A DNA stretch of 64,000 bases from a virus (taxonomy: Duplodnaviria; Heunggongvirae; Uroviricota; Caudoviricetes). Where the stretch lies: positions 112,431 to 176,430 of IMG/VR virus record IMGVR_UViG_3300042474_001151. One strand, written 5' to 3'. The position numbers and the translations under genes were made by a program. The notes under the pieces are model-generated. The model was not told the DNA's origin. It ran no database searches and saw only the letters and a program-made list of their open reading frames with translations. Positions 1-10,392 of this stretch are shown here, one piece after another; positions within the stretch are counted from its first letter, which is position 1, and each line of letters begins with the position of its first letter.

Positions 1-211
1 TGCAAACATAATCAATAATGATTTGACATTAGGGGTTTCTCACATGTTTAGGTATAACGACTTCGATGGTGGATCACAAGAATGGTACCTTGGGCCACTT
101 TTACAATATCGTTTTAATAACAAAGGTTATTTGAATATTGAGCATATGCCAGGTTTAAATCAGGACGCTTATAAATCAAGAACCACAATCATATTCGCAT
201 GGAGATTTTAA
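1..211 (+). CDS. C-terminal fragment of a possible outer-membrane beta-barrel protein. The gene begins before the window.
   Basis: The ORF is open to the window start. Alternating aromatic and hydrophilic residues end in ...AWRF with a terminal Phe, as in OMP C-termini. Confidence 0.3.
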   Translation, partial: ANIINNDLTLGVSHMFRYNDFDGGSQEWYLGPLLQYRFNNKGYLNIEHMPGLNQDAYKSRTTIIFAWRF

Positions 212-1206
212 TCAAGGGGCAAGAGTTTCTTGTCTATTTAATATTCATTATGTTCGTAACTGGTATCCTCAAAGAAAGAGGATACCTTATGGACATCTTC
301 AGACTACTTGAACAAAAAGTTAAGTCTAAAAGAATGGTGGTATTTTTGGTGTCACTCTTTGGTGGTATCTTACCTATTCCTGGACGTGTTGCGTTATCAG
401 CATCTATGTTGAATAGTATTGCACCTATAGATAATAAGAAACGTAAGAAGTTTGGTATCATCGATTATCTTGCAACACATCACTACTATCTATGGTCACC
501 ATTAGAGAAGACTGTCATTATTCCAATGGCGGTATTGAGTTTATCTTATATGCAATTCATGTCATATATCTGGCCGTTACTTTTAATTTCAGTCTTGTAT
601 GTAACCTATTACATTTTATCATTAGAAGATGATGAGATTGATATCGAAGTTAAGGATGGACCAATTAATATGCAAAATATAACTATGGTGGTTATACCAT
701 TTTTAGTAACCATATTAATGTGTGTATTCCTTACCCAATACTATTTTGGTTTCTTTACTGGATTTACAGTATGGTTAGTATATTACTCTAAGAGTTGGAA
801 TAAAATATTAGGGTATATTGATTGGGAATTGATATGGATAGTTGCGTTGGTTATTATTCTTGGTAACTTGGTTGGTTCATATTATAATGTAATTGAAGGG
901 TACATTAAACAATATAGTAAACCTGAACACATTCTAGTTGTTGCGATGATATCATTTCTATCATCATTTATGTTGGGATCTTCCGCAAAATACGCTAGTA
1001 TTGTTAGCTTACTAACAAGCGTGTTTGGTATGCAGTACTTCGTTCTATTCTTTACATTGGAATATTCAGCATATTTGATTTCACCATCTCATAAGTGTTT
1101 ACCTATTGGTCAGAAGTATTTTCATACTGGATTTATGACCTACTTGAAGGCTTTAATTGTGTGGATATCTATTATGATTACTTATGCCTTATTGACAATA
1201 ATTTAA
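199..1206 (+). CDS. Polytopic integral membrane protein of unknown function
   Basis: 335 aa with eight or more hydrophobic segments. No diagnostic catalytic motif. Confidence 0.5.
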   Translation: MEILIKGQEFLVYLIFIMFVTGILKERGYLMDIFRLLEQKVKSKRMVVFLVSLFGGILPIPGRVALSASMLNSIAPIDNKKRKKFGIIDYLATHHYYLWSPLEKTVIIPMAVLSLSYMQFMSYIWPLLLISVLYVTYYILSLEDDEIDIEVKDGPINMQNITMVVIPFLVTILMCVFLTQYYFGFFTGFTVWLVYYSKSWNKILGYIDWELIWIVALVIILGNLVGSYYNVIEGYIKQYSKPEHILVVAMISFLSSFMLGSSAKYASIVSLLTSVFGMQYFVLFFTLEYSAYLISPSHKCLPIGQKYFHTGFMTYLKALIVWISIMITYALLTII

Positions 1207-1257
1207 TCTTTACATTTTTAAAATTAAGATATATATTATAAAATAGAATTAAAAAAT

Positions 1258-1728
1258 ATGGAAAAAATCACATTAAAATTAGGGGACGTTCTACAATTAG
1301 AAAGTGAAATAAACGGATACATTGAACCACAAACCGGAGAACAAGTGTTTGAGGGATTCAGTAAACAAAACCTATCAATCATTTTGAAATATGAATTGAG
1401 CGACTTCTCAACAGAACTTAAAGGTGAGAGAACTAAGGTTGAAGCGTTAAGAGATGAGTTAATCAAAAAATATGGTGAAGAAGATGGTAAGGGTGGAGTC
1501 TTAGTTAAAATGTATAATGAATTGAAAGATGAGGAGGGTAATGTAACTGGTAAAGTTATTAACCCACAATACATCGAATTTGATAATGAATATGGTGTAC
1601 TTTTAAATCAAGAAATTGAAATCGAATACCCTGAAATTACCAAAGAAGATTTAAAGGATGCGGGTAAAACGAAAGACAAATATCAGGTCTTATTTAAATT
1701 AATCAAAAAAGAAAAAGGGACTTTATAG
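1258..1728 (+). CDS. Acidic hypothetical protein
   Basis: Clean ORF ending inside the hairpin plus T-run terminator at 1717..1741. Confidence 0.5.
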   Translation: MEKITLKLGDVLQLESEINGYIEPQTGEQVFEGFSKQNLSIILKYELSDFSTELKGERTKVEALRDELIKKYGEEDGKGGVLVKMYNELKDEEGNVTGKVINPQYIEFDNEYGVLLNQEIEIEYPEITKEDLKDAGKTKDKYQVLFKLIKKEKGTL

Positions 1729-1741
1729 TCCCTTTTTTTTA
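1717..1741. terminator. Bidirectional intrinsic terminator between convergent genes
   Basis: GGGACT-TTAT-AGTCCC stem-loop with an A-run before and T8 after. The stop codons of both convergent ORFs lie inside the hairpin. Confidence 0.75.
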
Positions 1742-2571
1742 TACTCATCTATATAATCATATAGATTTACGATTGGTACCCAATCTAAAATTAATCTAGC
1801 TAATGTACTTTCACATAAAGTTTCTTGAGCTTCTCCTGGTTTATCTTCCATATAAACTCTATCTTTTTTAAACATATCAGCAACCTCATTCAGCGAGAAA
1901 TTTTGACCTCTACCCAATTCAAATGTGTGCCCCCACACTTGTTTATCACATATCTTAATTAACGCATTAACAATATCATTAACGTGTGTGAAGTCCCTCC
2001 TCTTAGAACCATCACCATATATGGTTAAAGGGTCACCATCATCATATTGTTTCTCCCATCTACCAATAACTGTACTATAACCACCATCTTTTAAATGGTA
2101 AGGACCATATACATTATAAAAACGAGTTATTGATGATTTTAAACCAAAATGTTCCTGATAAAGTTTAACTATTTCCTCACCAATATCTTTACTAAAAGTG
2201 TATGGATTTTTAAACTTACCACTATGATGTGAACTACTTCCACCATAAATTAGTGGTATATTATTCTTAACACAGTATTGTACGACGTTCAATGTACCAT
2301 TTGTATTTGTTTGAAAATATTCAACAGGGTGTTTGAATGATGGTTGTATTCTTGCGATGGCCGCTAAATGAAATACAATATCATATTTCACATCATCTAA
2401 TATCGATAAGTTTCTAACATCACCACATATATAATTTGCACCATCTTGGTGATTAGAACTAAAACCACTTAAGTAGTTATCTAACGATGTTACATCGTGA
2501 CCATCTTTTAAAAGTCTTTTAACTAAATTGGTACCTATGAATCCAGCTCCTCCGGTTACAAGTATATTCAT
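1723..2571 (-). CDS. NAD-dependent sugar epimerase/dehydratase (extended SDR)
   Basis: N-terminal MNILVTGGAGFIGTNLVKRL Rossmann GxxGxxG motif; HLAA downstream and a YxxxK region. Confidence 0.8.
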   Translation of the reverse strand: MNILVTGGAGFIGTNLVKRLLKDGHDVTSLDNYLSGFSSNHQDGANYICGDVRNLSILDDVKYDIVFHLAAIARIQPSFKHPVEYFQTNTNGTLNVVQYCVKNNIPLIYGGSSSHHSGKFKNPYTFSKDIGEEIVKLYQEHFGLKSSITRFYNVYGPYHLKDGGYSTVIGRWEKQYDDGDPLTIYGDGSKRRDFTHVNDIVNALIKICDKQVWGHTFELGRGQNFSLNEVADMFKKDRVYMEDKPGEAQETLCESTLARLILDWVPIVNLYDYIDEYKKKGL

Positions 2572-3680
2572 TAAATAGTTTTTTTAATAACTATCATCAT
2601 ATTTCCTATTTGGTATTCACCAGACTCATAGTAAGGTATCGATAACCTTATTTTATGTAAAGTTCTAATGTCGTCATCTGTGAATTGATTAACCTCCGTA
2701 ATCATCACATCAACCGTATCTGTAAGGGTAAATTTCGACCTTAAATCGTATCGTGTATTCTTTTGTTCATTTTCAATATAAGTCTCAGGAATCTCCCCTA
2801 AATCGATTTTATCGAAGAATGGTTCTACTTCCATTAATCTATTTCTATTACGAGTAGTTAAACCCATATTAAAAGTCTTATAAGTAAAATTATCTTCTTC
2901 CCAATACCTAAGTTCATTGAATGCTGAGATTGGTACTCCCCACTTTCTAACAAAGTTTCTGTTAGATGAAACCTCATATAACATTCTATCTTTTTTGTAA
3001 TCATCACTAAATCTTGATGTCTGCGAAACAAAATGATAGGTGATTGCAGAATCACACGTTTTTAAATTATAACCTTTTAGTTTCGCACGGATTAAGAAAT
3101 CATCATCCTCACAAAATGCGGGTACAAAACTGAAACCATCAAACCCACCAATATCATCAAACATCTTTTTAAATCCTGACATAAAGAACACCGCACCATT
3201 GTATAGGTTCTTACTATCTTTCCATTGGTCCACATAAGCATTAAAATTATATTGGTCAAAGTTATCAAACCCCGAACCCAAATCTAATAATACTTTACCT
3301 GCTCTTTGATGACCTCTAAAAATTGGGGGTTCAATTGTTGTATAGGATAATAATGTATTTGGATTCTCATCTAATAATCTATCTAAGTTCTCTAAAAACT
3401 GTTCACCAATTACCATATCGTTGTGAATCAACACAAGTTTTTCAGTATCAACAAGTTTGATTGCCGCATTATATGTTTCAGAAAATGTCAACCTATCATC
3501 ATCATGAATAAAAGAAAGGTTCTTATCTTCCAATGATTCCAACCATTCTTTGGTTCCATCATATGAACCACCACTACTAATCACCAAAGGTGCTGTTGGG
3601 TATATGTTACGTAAACGATTATAACATTCTGTTGTTAAATCTATTTTATTGTAAACTGCTAATACAAAGGTTATATTCAT
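2571..3680 (-). CDS. Family-2 glycosyltransferase (GT-A fold)
   Basis: N-terminal FVLAVYNK...SSGGSYDGT pattern, with acidic DxD-like residues later. Confidence 0.6.
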   Translation of the reverse strand: MNITFVLAVYNKIDLTTECYNRLRNIYPTAPLVISSGGSYDGTKEWLESLEDKNLSFIHDDDRLTFSETYNAAIKLVDTEKLVLIHNDMVIGEQFLENLDRLLDENPNTLLSYTTIEPPIFRGHQRAGKVLLDLGSGFDNFDQYNFNAYVDQWKDSKNLYNGAVFFMSGFKKMFDDIGGFDGFSFVPAFCEDDDFLIRAKLKGYNLKTCDSAITYHFVSQTSRFSDDYKKDRMLYEVSSNRNFVRKWGVPISAFNELRYWEEDNFTYKTFNMGLTTRNRNRLMEVEPFFDKIDLGEIPETYIENEQKNTRYDLRSKFTLTDTVDVMITEVNQFTDDDIRTLHKIRLSIPYYESGEYQIGNMMIVIKKTI

Positions 3681-4441
3681 CGGTAAATTTTTGAGAATGT
3701 TTCTATTGAGGGAATCAAATCAATAGATTTCATTACCTCATATGTTATAGTTTTATTGTATTCTGAATTCTTAATTGTTTTAGAAAAGTTTATATGAAAC
3801 TCATCTTCTTTAATCACCACTAACTTTGGTTCAGATACATGTATATGTTCAATATAATTAAAATACTCCACAAGTTCAACATTAGGGTCTATATTCTCCA
3901 ATATAGAGTTGTGGGTATCAATCATTGTCCTAACGTTTTTTAGGTTGTTAGAATCGATAAAATTAACAATATCACTAACCGTATGAAAGAACTCTCCTCC
4001 ATATGACGACGTATTAGGTTCGATTAATACTTTAATATCACTATCAACTAATATCTTATCTACATAGGTAAAGATTTCAATTAAGGAATTTTCCCATCCA
4101 TTAGTTTTCTTTCTTAATCCTGGCGAACCAAACACCAACACCTTAACACCCAATAATTTAGAATAATAAATTAACTTATCAAAATGTGATTTAATAATAT
4201 TAACATCGGTGATATCAGTACATTTAACACCATAGAATAGTGATTGAATGGAGTACGGAATAATACCGTTATCATCCAAATATTTTTTATAACTAATGAT
4301 GTCTTTGGTTTCTAATTCAGACCAGTCTTTAATTTTAGTTAAAACTGATTCGATATTATTAATACCATTCTCTTTTAAAGATTTAAATATAGTTTCGGAA
4401 TATTGGTTATCCCAAGCAAAATTACTTAACGCTAAATTCAT
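3677..4441 (-). CDS. Possible sugar-phosphate isomerase/epimerase-like (TIM-barrel) protein
   Basis: Weak resemblance to xylose-isomerase-like TIM-barrel proteins. Sits in the glycan cluster. Confidence 0.35.
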   Translation of the reverse strand: MNLALSNFAWDNQYSETIFKSLKENGINNIESVLTKIKDWSELETKDIISYKKYLDDNGIIPYSIQSLFYGVKCTDITDVNIIKSHFDKLIYYSKLLGVKVLVFGSPGLRKKTNGWENSLIEIFTYVDKILVDSDIKVLIEPNTSSYGGEFFHTVSDIVNFIDSNNLKNVRTMIDTHNSILENIDPNVELVEYFNYIEHIHVSEPKLVVIKEDEFHINFSKTIKNSEYNKTITYEVMKSIDLIPSIETFSKIYR

Positions 4442-5198
4442 TGATAAATTGTTTTATTTCTTTTAATACGTTATGTTTATTTGAAATGTACCCACCAAAT
4501 TTAGTGTGGTAATCGTATGTTACTTTATTTCCATTTTGAACTTTGTCAATATATTCAGAAAATAATTCAACAATATCTGATGTGTGTATCGGTTCCGTAA
4601 ATAAATTGAATACTACTTCCTCAGGGTACTCTTTTGAAAACTTATCTATATCAGATTTTAGATTATCTAAATTATACCATTGGAAAAATGAATTTTGATT
4701 AATTTGTTCCACGTTATTATTGTGTATTAAATCATATAAAACATTTTTCTTTATATTTTTATTAAACAATGCAGGTAACCTGAATATTTTTAAGTCATCA
4801 GTTCTAACATATTCCCTAACCAATAATTCAAAGATGTAACGGTTATTACCATAACTCAATTTACTGATGTTAGGTGAATATGTTTCATCCGAAAAAAGAG
4901 GAGAATCATTATAAACATCAATTGTTGAAATGAGAGTTACTTTAGAATATTTTAATACCGATATCGTCTCAATTATTTTATGAATATTATTCATATCATC
5001 CTTTAGATTCTTATTCACCATCCACTTCGTTGCAGGTAGACAAGTTAAGAACAACTCATCTCCGTTTTGTGCAAAGTCCGTAAATGTATCTAAATTTTTA
5101 CTGTTAAAAGTGTAGTCGTATGATTCACTTTCTAAAATAGTGGATCCCACAAGACCCGTGTTACCAATTAATAATTTCATTTTGTATGTGTTTTTCAA
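4422..5198 (-). CDS. NAD(P)-binding Rossmann protein, reductase-like (RmlD-like?)
   Basis: LIGNTGLVGS glycine-rich N-terminus; glycan-cluster context. Confidence 0.4.
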   Translation of the reverse strand: MKNTYKMKLLIGNTGLVGSTILESESYDYTFNSKNLDTFTDFAQNGDELFLTCLPATKWMVNKNLKDDMNNIHKIIETISVLKYSKVTLISTIDVYNDSPLFSDETYSPNISKLSYGNNRYIFELLVREYVRTDDLKIFRLPALFNKNIKKNVLYDLIHNNNVEQINQNSFFQWYNLDNLKSDIDKFSKEYPEEVVFNLFTEPIHTSDIVELFSEYIDKVQNGNKVTYDYHTKFGGYISNKHNVLKEIKQFINEFSVK

Positions 5199-6186
5199 TT
5201 ATATAAATTCCTTGTATTTTACCCGTGAAGCAGTTTATTATGTTACCGTCCTTGGAAATCACTGGATATCTTTCATCAGAGGTACTAACAATTTTAGATT
5301 TTGTTGATAAGAAATAACCATTGTACTTGTAATGTAGTAAAAAATCAGGTAGATAGTGTTTAACTTTTTTTTCCATTGAAATCAATTTTTTATTAACTAA
5401 ATCTTGATTGATGGTTTTTATATAATTTTTTAATTTTCTAACACTACTAAATTTTTTTATCGGGGTATGTTCCACATCAGTTAGTGTGTATATATCGTCT
5501 TTATATGGATATATTGAAAAAAACTCACCATCTACCATGGTCAATGCATCAAAATTAGTGTTTTTTATTTTCTTATATAATAAAGAAATTGTTAACTCAT
5601 AAAAAGAATTTTTACAAGTAGAATGTTTAATGTGATTATTTGTTGCGTTAATAACTAAATCATATTCTTTGGATATTCTATCCAACTCCTTTTTATCAAT
5701 ATTAATATTAGTTGTTATACTTTTTAATTCATTATTAAAAAACTTACTAGCTTTATCGAAATCAATATGTCTCTCGTCTGTATTCACACAACCCTCAACA
5801 TCTTCAAATTTTATATCGGTTAATTCTTTGTCAAATTCACGAAAAATTTCAAGGTAGGTAACATAATCAATAACTGATTTGGTGTTAGGTACACAATACA
5901 AATTATTTGAAACCTTCTTTGTTAAAAAACCATAATCGTTCATAAACTCACTAAACGTGTCTTTACACATTTGTCTTGTTTTATGGTTTCTAGCATAGTG
6001 AAATCCTAAATGTAATCTATTTTGATTATTATAAGAAGTTTCAGTAAATAATAAATTATTTTTTTCGAATAAAGTTATATTATGATTACCTTTTAACTTA
6101 TACGCTAAATGACACCCAACCCAACCACCACCGATTATAGCAATTTTCATTAAATTGTTCTTTTTAATATCGGTGATTGACCCCAA
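5161..6186 (-). CDS. FAD/NAD(P)-binding oxidoreductase
   Basis: KIAIIGGGWVGCHLAYKL dinucleotide-binding motif at the N-terminus. Confidence 0.5.
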   Translation of the reverse strand: MGSITDIKKNNLMKIAIIGGGWVGCHLAYKLKGNHNITLFEKNNLLFTETSYNNQNRLHLGFHYARNHKTRQMCKDTFSEFMNDYGFLTKKVSNNLYCVPNTKSVIDYVTYLEIFREFDKELTDIKFEDVEGCVNTDERHIDFDKASKFFNNELKSITTNINIDKKELDRISKEYDLVINATNNHIKHSTCKNSFYELTISLLYKKIKNTNFDALTMVDGEFFSIYPYKDDIYTLTDVEHTPIKKFSSVRKLKNYIKTINQDLVNKKLISMEKKVKHYLPDFLLHYKYNGYFLSTKSKIVSTSDERYPVISKDGNIINCFTGKIQGIYIIEKHIQNEIINW

Positions 6187-6806
6187 TTAGATTTATTTTT
6201 ATATAGGTCTAATGAAAAGTAATATTCAGTTCTTCTTTGTGTATTAGTACCAAACCAATTATCATTATCAGCAACCTCCCATCTAGCATCATCATTATAA
6301 ATTAGTGGTCTTGGTTCTGTCATCCACATAATATAATCTTCATTTGGTACACCCCAAATTTTCCAATGATTCATTGACTCTTCAGAATAATCGGTATTTC
6401 TAATGGACATTATTTTTTCTTTAACCGACAATAGGTAATCATACTTATATGTACCCATAGTCATTGCCGGTTTATTATTTAAAGAAAGTTTAATAGCACC
6501 TTCAGGAATGTTATATAATAATTTTTTAAAATTCGGTCCAAATTTACACGTGTCATGTACAAGGAACCAATATTCAGATTCCAATTGCTTATCAACAATT
6601 TCAATAAGTGGACTATACTCATATGAATTGTGATCTAATCTATGGTAATGAATCCCATCAATTACTTGGTAATCATAACTATCAAAACCAGCATTAAACA
6701 CATGTATATTGTCACGTTCAATACCCTGCTCAATTAAAGATGAGATTACAATTGGTAATGTTGATTTATAAAAATTTATATTTGTTGCTATGGCTACTTT
6801 AATCAT
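6150..6806 (-). CDS. Hypothetical protein in the glycan-synthesis cluster
   Basis: ORF co-oriented with, and overlapping, the neighbouring genes. Confidence 0.45.
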   Translation of the reverse strand: MIKVAIATNINFYKSTLPIVISSLIEQGIERDNIHVFNAGFDSYDYQVIDGIHYHRLDHNSYEYSPLIEIVDKQLESEYWFLVHDTCKFGPNFKKLLYNIPEGAIKLSLNNKPAMTMGTYKYDYLLSVKEKIMSIRNTDYSEESMNHWKIWGVPNEDYIMWMTEPRPLIYNDDARWEVADNDNWFGTNTQRRTEYYFSLDLYKNKSNWGQSPILKRTI

Positions 6807-6811
6807 TTTTT

Positions 6812-7393
6812 TTAATTATGTACGTATAATGGTTTTTTTATATATTTTAATTTACCTGTTGGGAACTTTTTCAAATATTCATCAACAAATAAAAAGTCAG
6901 CATGTACTATTTTGGTCTGTAAAGGTATTTGTTTTGCTAATTCAGTTCTAGATGCAAAATTACCGATATCAATTCTACCATATACTGGTTCGGCAGGGAT
7001 ATAAGCATATTCAGAATTAACCCAATTGTGAATCATATCACAATAAATAAAATGTGTGTCATTTGTTACCTCAGCCAAAAAATGATCAACAAAAACCGGT
7101 ACATAATAATTATCCTCACCAGTCATTACAACCCAATCTTCCGTTGCCATTTGGACCCCGATGTTTCTTGGTGTGTGACCCCAATCATTGTAACGTTTAT
7201 CAGTTATGGTAAATTTAATTCTATCATCACCCTCAAAGTATTTCATTACTTTATTTAATTGACCTTCTGGTGGACAATCTGCCACCACATGTATTTTCCA
7301 TTTGTCACTTCTTTGTGCGTAAATGGAATTTATAATACACATTAAGTGGTCTGTTCTTTCATATGTTGGAATAACAAATTCTATTTTACTCAT
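6812..7393 (-). CDS. Short GT2-like glycosyltransferase
   Basis: EFVIPTYERTDHL resembles the GT2 N-terminal nucleotide-binding motif. Confidence 0.5.
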   Translation of the reverse strand: MSKIEFVIPTYERTDHLMCIINSIYAQRSDKWKIHVVADCPPEGQLNKVMKYFEGDDRIKFTITDKRYNDWGHTPRNIGVQMATEDWVVMTGEDNYYVPVFVDHFLAEVTNDTHFIYCDMIHNWVNSEYAYIPAEPVYGRIDIGNFASRTELAKQIPLQTKIVHADFLFVDEYLKKFPTGKLKYIKKPLYVHN

Positions 7394-7451
7394 TTTTTTT
7401 TATTTAATATAGTTATTTTTTCTGACAATTTATAATGTTTAATAATAATTT

Positions 7452-8333
7452 TTATTTAGTATTATTTATAAAATTAATTATACTTTGCCAAGCCTTATCT
7501 TCGTATAATTTATATACATTATCATTTTTTTGATTTTTTGTTCCTATTCTTTTTCTAGGGTGTACTTGATTATGTCCTTTTAATCTGGTATTAATATGAT
7601 ATTGAGGTACTCCTTTTTTTGAAAAAAACATTTCTAAACAATAATCTTCTCGAGCAAAATGAAGATCTAAAGGTAAAAATGGATATGGGAGATTTTGAGA
7701 TAGTGCAGTCATATTCCCATCTATTTTTAATTTTTTTAATTTAATTACAGTTGGTTCAAATTGTTCATTAAATTTATTTAATTCATCTAATGTTATGTAA
7801 TCAGCACAATTAAAAGGTTTAGGTGCTTGTTCTGGTCGGATAGGAGGACCATTTCTTGGAAATTGATGTACCCAAGGATGTTCAACCTCATCCCAAGTAT
7901 TATCCCACATTTTTCTAGTTGCTAATGATAGAAAATGAGGTTCTTCTATGACAATATTTGATAATAAATAAAAATAATCTTCAGGTACTAAACAATCACT
8001 TTCTCCCCATACAATATATTTGTAATCATATTCCGACCCGTATATATCTCTTCTCCAATCACCTATATTATAAAATGGATCTGAATCTTTTTTAGTTATT
8101 ATTTTGGATTTACTAATTAATGGATGTTGAAGGAAATGTTTAAACATTTTTTCAGGTTCAATTCCTTCATCTGGTTTTTCTATATATGTTTGAGAATTTA
8201 AACATATTATAATATCTACATCTAATTCACTATGTATAATAGATTCTTGTAATGAATCTAATGTTTCTAAAATCATTTCAGATTCATACCACATTATATG
8301 TAATGTATATAAAATTTTACCCATATTATTCAT
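7452..8333 (-). CDS. Hypothetical protein in the glycan-synthesis cluster
   Basis: 293-aa ORF in operon-like arrangement. Confidence 0.45.
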   Translation of the reverse strand: MNNMGKILYTLHIMWYESEMILETLDSLQESIIHSELDVDIIICLNSQTYIEKPDEGIEPEKMFKHFLQHPLISKSKIITKKDSDPFYNIGDWRRDIYGSEYDYKYIVWGESDCLVPEDYFYLLSNIVIEEPHFLSLATRKMWDNTWDEVEHPWVHQFPRNGPPIRPEQAPKPFNCADYITLDELNKFNEQFEPTVIKLKKLKIDGNMTALSQNLPYPFLPLDLHFAREDYCLEMFFSKKGVPQYHINTRLKGHNQVHPRKRIGTKNQKNDNVYKLYEDKAWQSIINFINNTK

Positions 8334-9201
8334 ATTTTAAAATTTGTTCTATTCTTTCTTCAAGAGTATATTTTGGTTTATAAATTGAAAGCATTAACTC
8401 AGGATTACAAACTCTATAAGATACCCCTATGGGTTTATTTGTTAAATGTAATATACCATTTTTAGGTTTCCAATCAGATATATCAAACATTGTTTTAGCT
8501 AACTCATTAAATGAAGTTGATATACCACTTCCTAAGTTTAGTGCATCTACTTGAATATCATCATTTACTACGGTCATTACCGCTTCAACAATATCTTCCA
8601 TATGGATAAAATCTCTAACTTGATTCCCATCCCCCCAAATTTCAAAAGTATTAACTTTTCTTTTAATACGATTTATAAAGGAAGGAAATGGATAAGTTAA
8701 ATCTTGGTCCGCTCCATAACCTGAAAATGGTCTAAAAACGTAAACTTTTGTTCCTTGTTCCCTAACAAATTTAGCTAAATATTCTCCTGTTAATTTAGAC
8801 CAGCCATAGGTATAATCAGGAAGTCTAATATCATTTAGATTAATATCAGATTCTTTTAAGTGATATTTTAATTCTGGTGTCTGTAAATGAATAGGGTAGG
8901 CTGCCGATGAACTAAAATATACTATTTTCGGTTGTTTTGTTTTTACAACCCAATTAAAAAATTCTGAATCGATTGATAAATCTGTTGCTACCGATAATGG
9001 TTCATTTTCAATTGTTTCTCTACCACCTACAATAGCTGCTAAATGAATAATTAAATCAAATTTTTCTACTGAGTGCTTAAAAAAATTTCTACAATCATTC
9101 CCTTCTTTTAAATCAATCCCTGTTATATCATGTTGATTTTTAAAGTATTTTAAAAAGGATCTACCAACAAATCCTAAATGTCCCGTTATTAAAATTGTCA
9201 T
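8326..9201 (-). CDS. NAD-dependent epimerase/dehydratase
   Basis: MTILITGHLGFVGRSF...HLAAIVGG; SDR-type Rossmann fold. Confidence 0.7.
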   Translation of the reverse strand: MTILITGHLGFVGRSFLKYFKNQHDITGIDLKEGNDCRNFFKHSVEKFDLIIHLAAIVGGRETIENEPLSVATDLSIDSEFFNWVVKTKQPKIVYFSSSAAYPIHLQTPELKYHLKESDINLNDIRLPDYTYGWSKLTGEYLAKFVREQGTKVYVFRPFSGYGADQDLTYPFPSFINRIKRKVNTFEIWGDGNQVRDFIHMEDIVEAVMTVVNDDIQVDALNLGSGISTSFNELAKTMFDISDWKPKNGILHLTNKPIGVSYRVCNPELMLSIYKPKYTLEERIEQILKYE

Positions 9202-9204
9202 AAA

Positions 9205-9843
9205 TTAAATTGATTTGTAAAAATTATTTTGTTTTTCTTGACGTTCTATCGTCTTATGGTGTTCTATACAGTATTCTTCGTCTAAAGGTAATGATGAGAA
9301 TTTTTGACCACCATAAACTTTCTCATGTACCTTACCATACCAACTCATTCCTTTCTTATATATTCTTCCTTGAGCATCCGGAAAATTTATCCATCCATTT
9401 TCATTAACTCCCCAACCCCACTTTTGAATATGTTCTTCGGTTATACCCTCCACAGTGTTAATCCTCGGTACAAAAATTAAATCAACATCTTTATTCATTT
9501 CCAATATTTGATGTAAATTTTTAACCATATACTCACTAATCATCTCATCTGCATCTAGTTGATAGATATAGTCACCTTTACAATAACCATTTAATATATT
9601 TTTAAAATCAGAGAAATTATTATTCCAATCGAAACATCTCCATGTTTGGACATTTGGAAATTTATTATACGGTAATAAAAAATCTAATACTTCGGGATTA
9701 CCATTTGTTTCATCATATAGAACTACAATTTCGTCTTGAGCTCTCTTGTGTTTCAGTAAGAAAGGTACTAATCTCTTTATCTCCTCCAATTCCTTGCAAA
9801 CTGTTATTGCAAAACTTATCTTCATATTTCTTTTTATTTTCAT
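9205..9843 (-). CDS. Family-2 glycosyltransferase
   Basis: SFAITVCKE...QLDADE (DxD) motif. The true start may be the Met at 9825. Confidence 0.65.
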   Translation of the reverse strand: MKIKRNMKISFAITVCKELEEIKRLVPFLLKHKRAQDEIVVLYDETNGNPEVLDFLLPYNKFPNVQTWRCFDWNNNFSDFKNILNGYCKGDYIYQLDADEMISEYMVKNLHQILEMNKDVDLIFVPRINTVEGITEEHIQKWGWGVNENGWINFPDAQGRIYKKGMSWYGKVHEKVYGGQKFSSLPLDEEYCIEHHKTIERQEKQNNFYKSI

Positions 9844-9912
9844 TTATTGTTAATTCCTCACATTTCCAACACCACTCTCTATCATCCGTGTCCCAACTAT
9901 GTCTTTCACATT

Positions 9913-10161
9913 TCATGCTCTATTTTCCCCCATTCTTAACCAATGGTTTAAATAATCAAAACCATGATTACCACCGCCGTTTATACTTCTTGTTATTACA
10001 TTAATAATTTCTTCATCAATACCTCTGGCAATTTCTTCTGACATCATTCTAGTTAATTCAGCCTCAGCATGTATACCATAATGCTCATGTTCTTGTGCTG
10101 ACCACGTTGCGGTTAACGTACTTCTAATTACCCCGTGAAAAAATTTAAAATTCTTAACCAT
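9913..10161 (-). CDS. Small protein with N-terminal MVKNFKFFHG motif (FKFFxG family)
   Basis: Taking the internal Met as start gives MVKNFKFFHG. This matches the N-termini of the 44.4-47.5 kb family. Confidence 0.4.
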   Translation of the reverse strand: MVKNFKFFHGVIRSTLTATWSAQEHEHYGIHAEAELTRMMSEEIARGIDEEIINVITRSINGGGNHGFDYLNHWLRMGENRA

Positions 10162-10390
10162 TTTGTATCTCCCTTGCAAATAATTTAAACTCTTTATCAT
10201 TGTCGGTGAACAACATACTGGTATCTGAAGTTGGACTTAATCGAATTGAACATTCATTTGGTCCTGTTGCAAATACAATAGGTTCATTGTTTCCGAACTG
10301 AAAACAAAACTCAACATTCTCTGGTGTAAATGTATGTGGTTGAAAAAGAAGTGTTGGTGTTTCATCACCTTTGAAAAATTTGAAGTTCAT
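10154..10390 (-). CDS. Small protein with N-terminal MNFKFFKGD motif (FKFFxG family)
   Basis: N-terminal motif; its C-terminus ...EFKLFAR is paralogous to that of the next gene. Confidence 0.45.
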   Translation of the reverse strand: MNFKFFKGDETPTLLFQPHTFTPENVEFCFQFGNNEPIVFATGPNECSIRLSPTSDTSMLFTDNDKEFKLFAREIQNG

Positions 10391-10392
10391 TA

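Noticed and set aside
1236-1574. 112-aa minus-strand Ser/Leu/Pro-rich ORF
   Set aside because: It is the antisense shadow of 1258..1728(+), with low-complexity composition. The other fully embedded antisense or alternate-frame ORFs are rejected likewise: 234..461, 2858..3055, 5669..5857, 7028..7258, 11905..12210, 14651..14833, 15755..16140, 17589..17813, 18098..18295, 19734..20347, 25613..25924, 31019..31392, 32946..33175, 33778..34224, 43262..43758, 45383..45700, 47799..48738, 54376..54754, 58276..58831 and 61440..61736.
9713-9916. 67-aa minus-strand ORF
   Set aside because: It overlaps 130 nt of the N-terminal coding region of the GT2 gene 9205..9843 in another frame. The same holds for 9642..10004(+) and 9210..9407(+).
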